Assembly (NCBI GenBank): GCA_000165345.1
Contig: CM000431.1
Coordinates: 832,001 to 896,000, forward strand
Length of the DNA: 64,000 bases
Direction of reading: 5' to 3'
Part shown: positions 63,801 through 64,000 of the stretch, in pieces
How positions within the stretch are numbered: the first letter of the stretch is position 1
How the letters are laid out: every line of letters begins with the position of its first letter
The notes under the pieces: generated by a model
The model's database searches: none
What the model was told of the DNA's origin: nothing
What the model saw: the letters and a program-made list of their open reading frames with translations, nothing else
Position numbers and translations under genes: made by a program

Positions 63801-64000
63801 ACAATCTCAGATTCCTGTTCACGTTGAAATGCTTTCAATATGGCAAAACAATTCAAGAACCTGCTTAAGAAGCCAACTTTTTTCTAATGATGATATTTCA
63901 CTCTTAAAAGAGAAAGAGAGAGAAAATATTAAAGAAGCTGAAAATCTTACTTTAGAGAGACTTTTATATGAATATCTAATCAATAATGGAGATGTTATTG
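60814..64000 (+). CDS. SAC3/GANP-domain protein (mRNA export/TREX-2-like). Partial: open to the window edge, more than 1062 aa.
   Basis: I translated it myself: first ATG after an in-frame stop at 60814, no stop through 64000. NFLRDRLRAVWQDLTVQHATRHRASIDSFEVSFRFLLFSEEYL matches the SAC3/GANP core (DRtRaIRqDf.iQ...e..E...RF). Not in the ORF track because there is no stop in the window. Confidence 0.75.
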   Translation, partial: MADSFGGKNKAGREFIYNVRDELKPPIENAYSNYHPLLRREIFEDQRNDLARLYFRIQDPIQLSSSGQNEGAQNVFVGELFGMCTREEMINKQQTSTANDFERLSGVTLNDDLEARIVNEFLTMKSFQRSDASRVFHKELVRPVVWCRMVVRRLLVYFIEADRIFLNYLYRKPQGQGYKYIDIYNFLRDRLRAVWQDLTVQHATRHRASIDSFEVSFRFLLFSEEYLCNLKEFNSVQNGSLMSTCLDKLMSGYLDVLYYRKKSSSYLCDSELSRILVYDSPFQPEFWSYRILTSMSIKIKDANDNRIMDIINLISPEMIEHPLIKLSLGIHCSFRFVNIVRYFRYFRKCFGIISNLIKDENNSIESFQNKDGQDPEQYRQFGHALILICILIKKYSNIIRLKYLNILLSSNMSKRQLMPLNSFIEIFGFYIESIESLKLFTERFDIKIFNKDNPNVFLFQGSNIGQFQSIQQICNLTTKFVVSFKDCINFSTMESLSILNSLNWPSEILTSLLEKIPRIDILDPILGKISKVDFKNKTHTEDLNKNKIADSNSNQFSFTSLSSSNRDVINNNYKNNNLSNTLIQNLKEIDINKATAYRNFITNSTKQNKRKGFFMEEEVPSIFSNPNITYDVHTDSTSNMNTNSSNKRRSITENITLLSENTTNKPYNLQTKNKLANFQIDSPKFPFQTTNSHNLLNNLIPNERQTPDPGHCAPIGHELTEIKETEERKQSEKDDVYDYKKEVVNVVESIPKDYLDLSVQKNGQVLKFGKEISVNYVGEGDLGKTEANILGLENQIIEDGLVGLSGWKRFRVFFNKYQGSEMELKEEVENDRILENDKESQKRINILLSRINLPENENGINQWLNLSVSGILEQIKTDIISRVIKSLKFSFVFFYNQLLNIEGVSRSHISQLNTFYTKLELILSNLTNGDFLDKKTVQTTDQLKTTENHDYVFPWNSVMVKSEILSGSKKEKDQMIIDIYEIDFSHENFERFQGNKQSQIPVHVEMLSIWQNNSRTCLRSQLFSNDDISLLKEKERENIKEAENLTLERLLYEYLINNGDVI

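Noticed and set aside
1-64000. Prokaryotic-style novel system (defence island, CRISPR, toxin-antitoxin, operon), mobile elements, rRNA.
   Set aside because: Composition, spliceosomal introns, signal peptides, eukaryotic housekeeping genes (PCNA, RPA3, mtHSP70, Sec7 GEF) and divergent/convergent monocistronic layout show this is nuclear DNA of an AT-rich protist. No direct repeats with spacers, no transposase/integrase/reverse-transcriptase ORFs and no rRNA-like segments were seen.

Overview
This 64 kb window is eukaryotic, not prokaryotic. It is AT-rich (roughly 30% GC), gene-dense on both strands, and almost intronless. Proteins are rich in N, K, I and S, and nearly every 5' intergenic region carries a GGCGCC / TTTGGCGCCAAA (E2F-like) or GCATGCA element. 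That combination is typical of an apicomplexan such as Cryptosporidium. I found no rRNA, tRNA, CRISPR array, transposon or prokaryotic defence-type system.

I support about 23 protein-coding genes. Confident calls are mitochondrial-type HSP70 (DnaK class, with an N-terminal presequence), PCNA, RPA3 (one 60-nt intron), a DEAD-box helicase, Dph2 (diphthamide synthesis), a giant Sec7-domain ARF-GEF, a cation/Ca2+ exchanger, a CorA/MRS2 Mg2+ channel (GMN motif), an RBBP6/Mpe1-like DWNN+RING protein, an RRM protein, a SAC3/GANP-domain protein (runs off the 3' edge), and an EF-hand membrane protein. There are also three very large signal-peptide proteins. One of these is a MAM-domain + copper-amine-oxidase fusion, with an intact NYDY topaquinone motif and H-x-H plus a third His.

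The most interesting candidate is a 1536-aa ORF (17207..21817) carrying, in order, ligase/nucleotidyltransferase-like motifs (EKLDGE, EGIVLY, FKIKS), a T4-Pnk-like P-loop (GIPGSGKS plus a downstream Asp), and two C-terminal H-x-T-x (2H phosphoesterase) motifs. That is the Trl1-type tRNA ligase / RNA-repair architecture, inferred from sequence alone. Second is a secreted protein built of about 6-residue [LFI]-P-x-G-T-x repeats dense with NGT sequons, a possible beta-solenoid glycoprotein. The ORF track missed two edge-truncated genes (1..887 minus; 60814..64000 plus). Four start codons are alternative (GTG/TTG) calls that I corrected to, or flagged as, an internal ATG or a spliced exon start.
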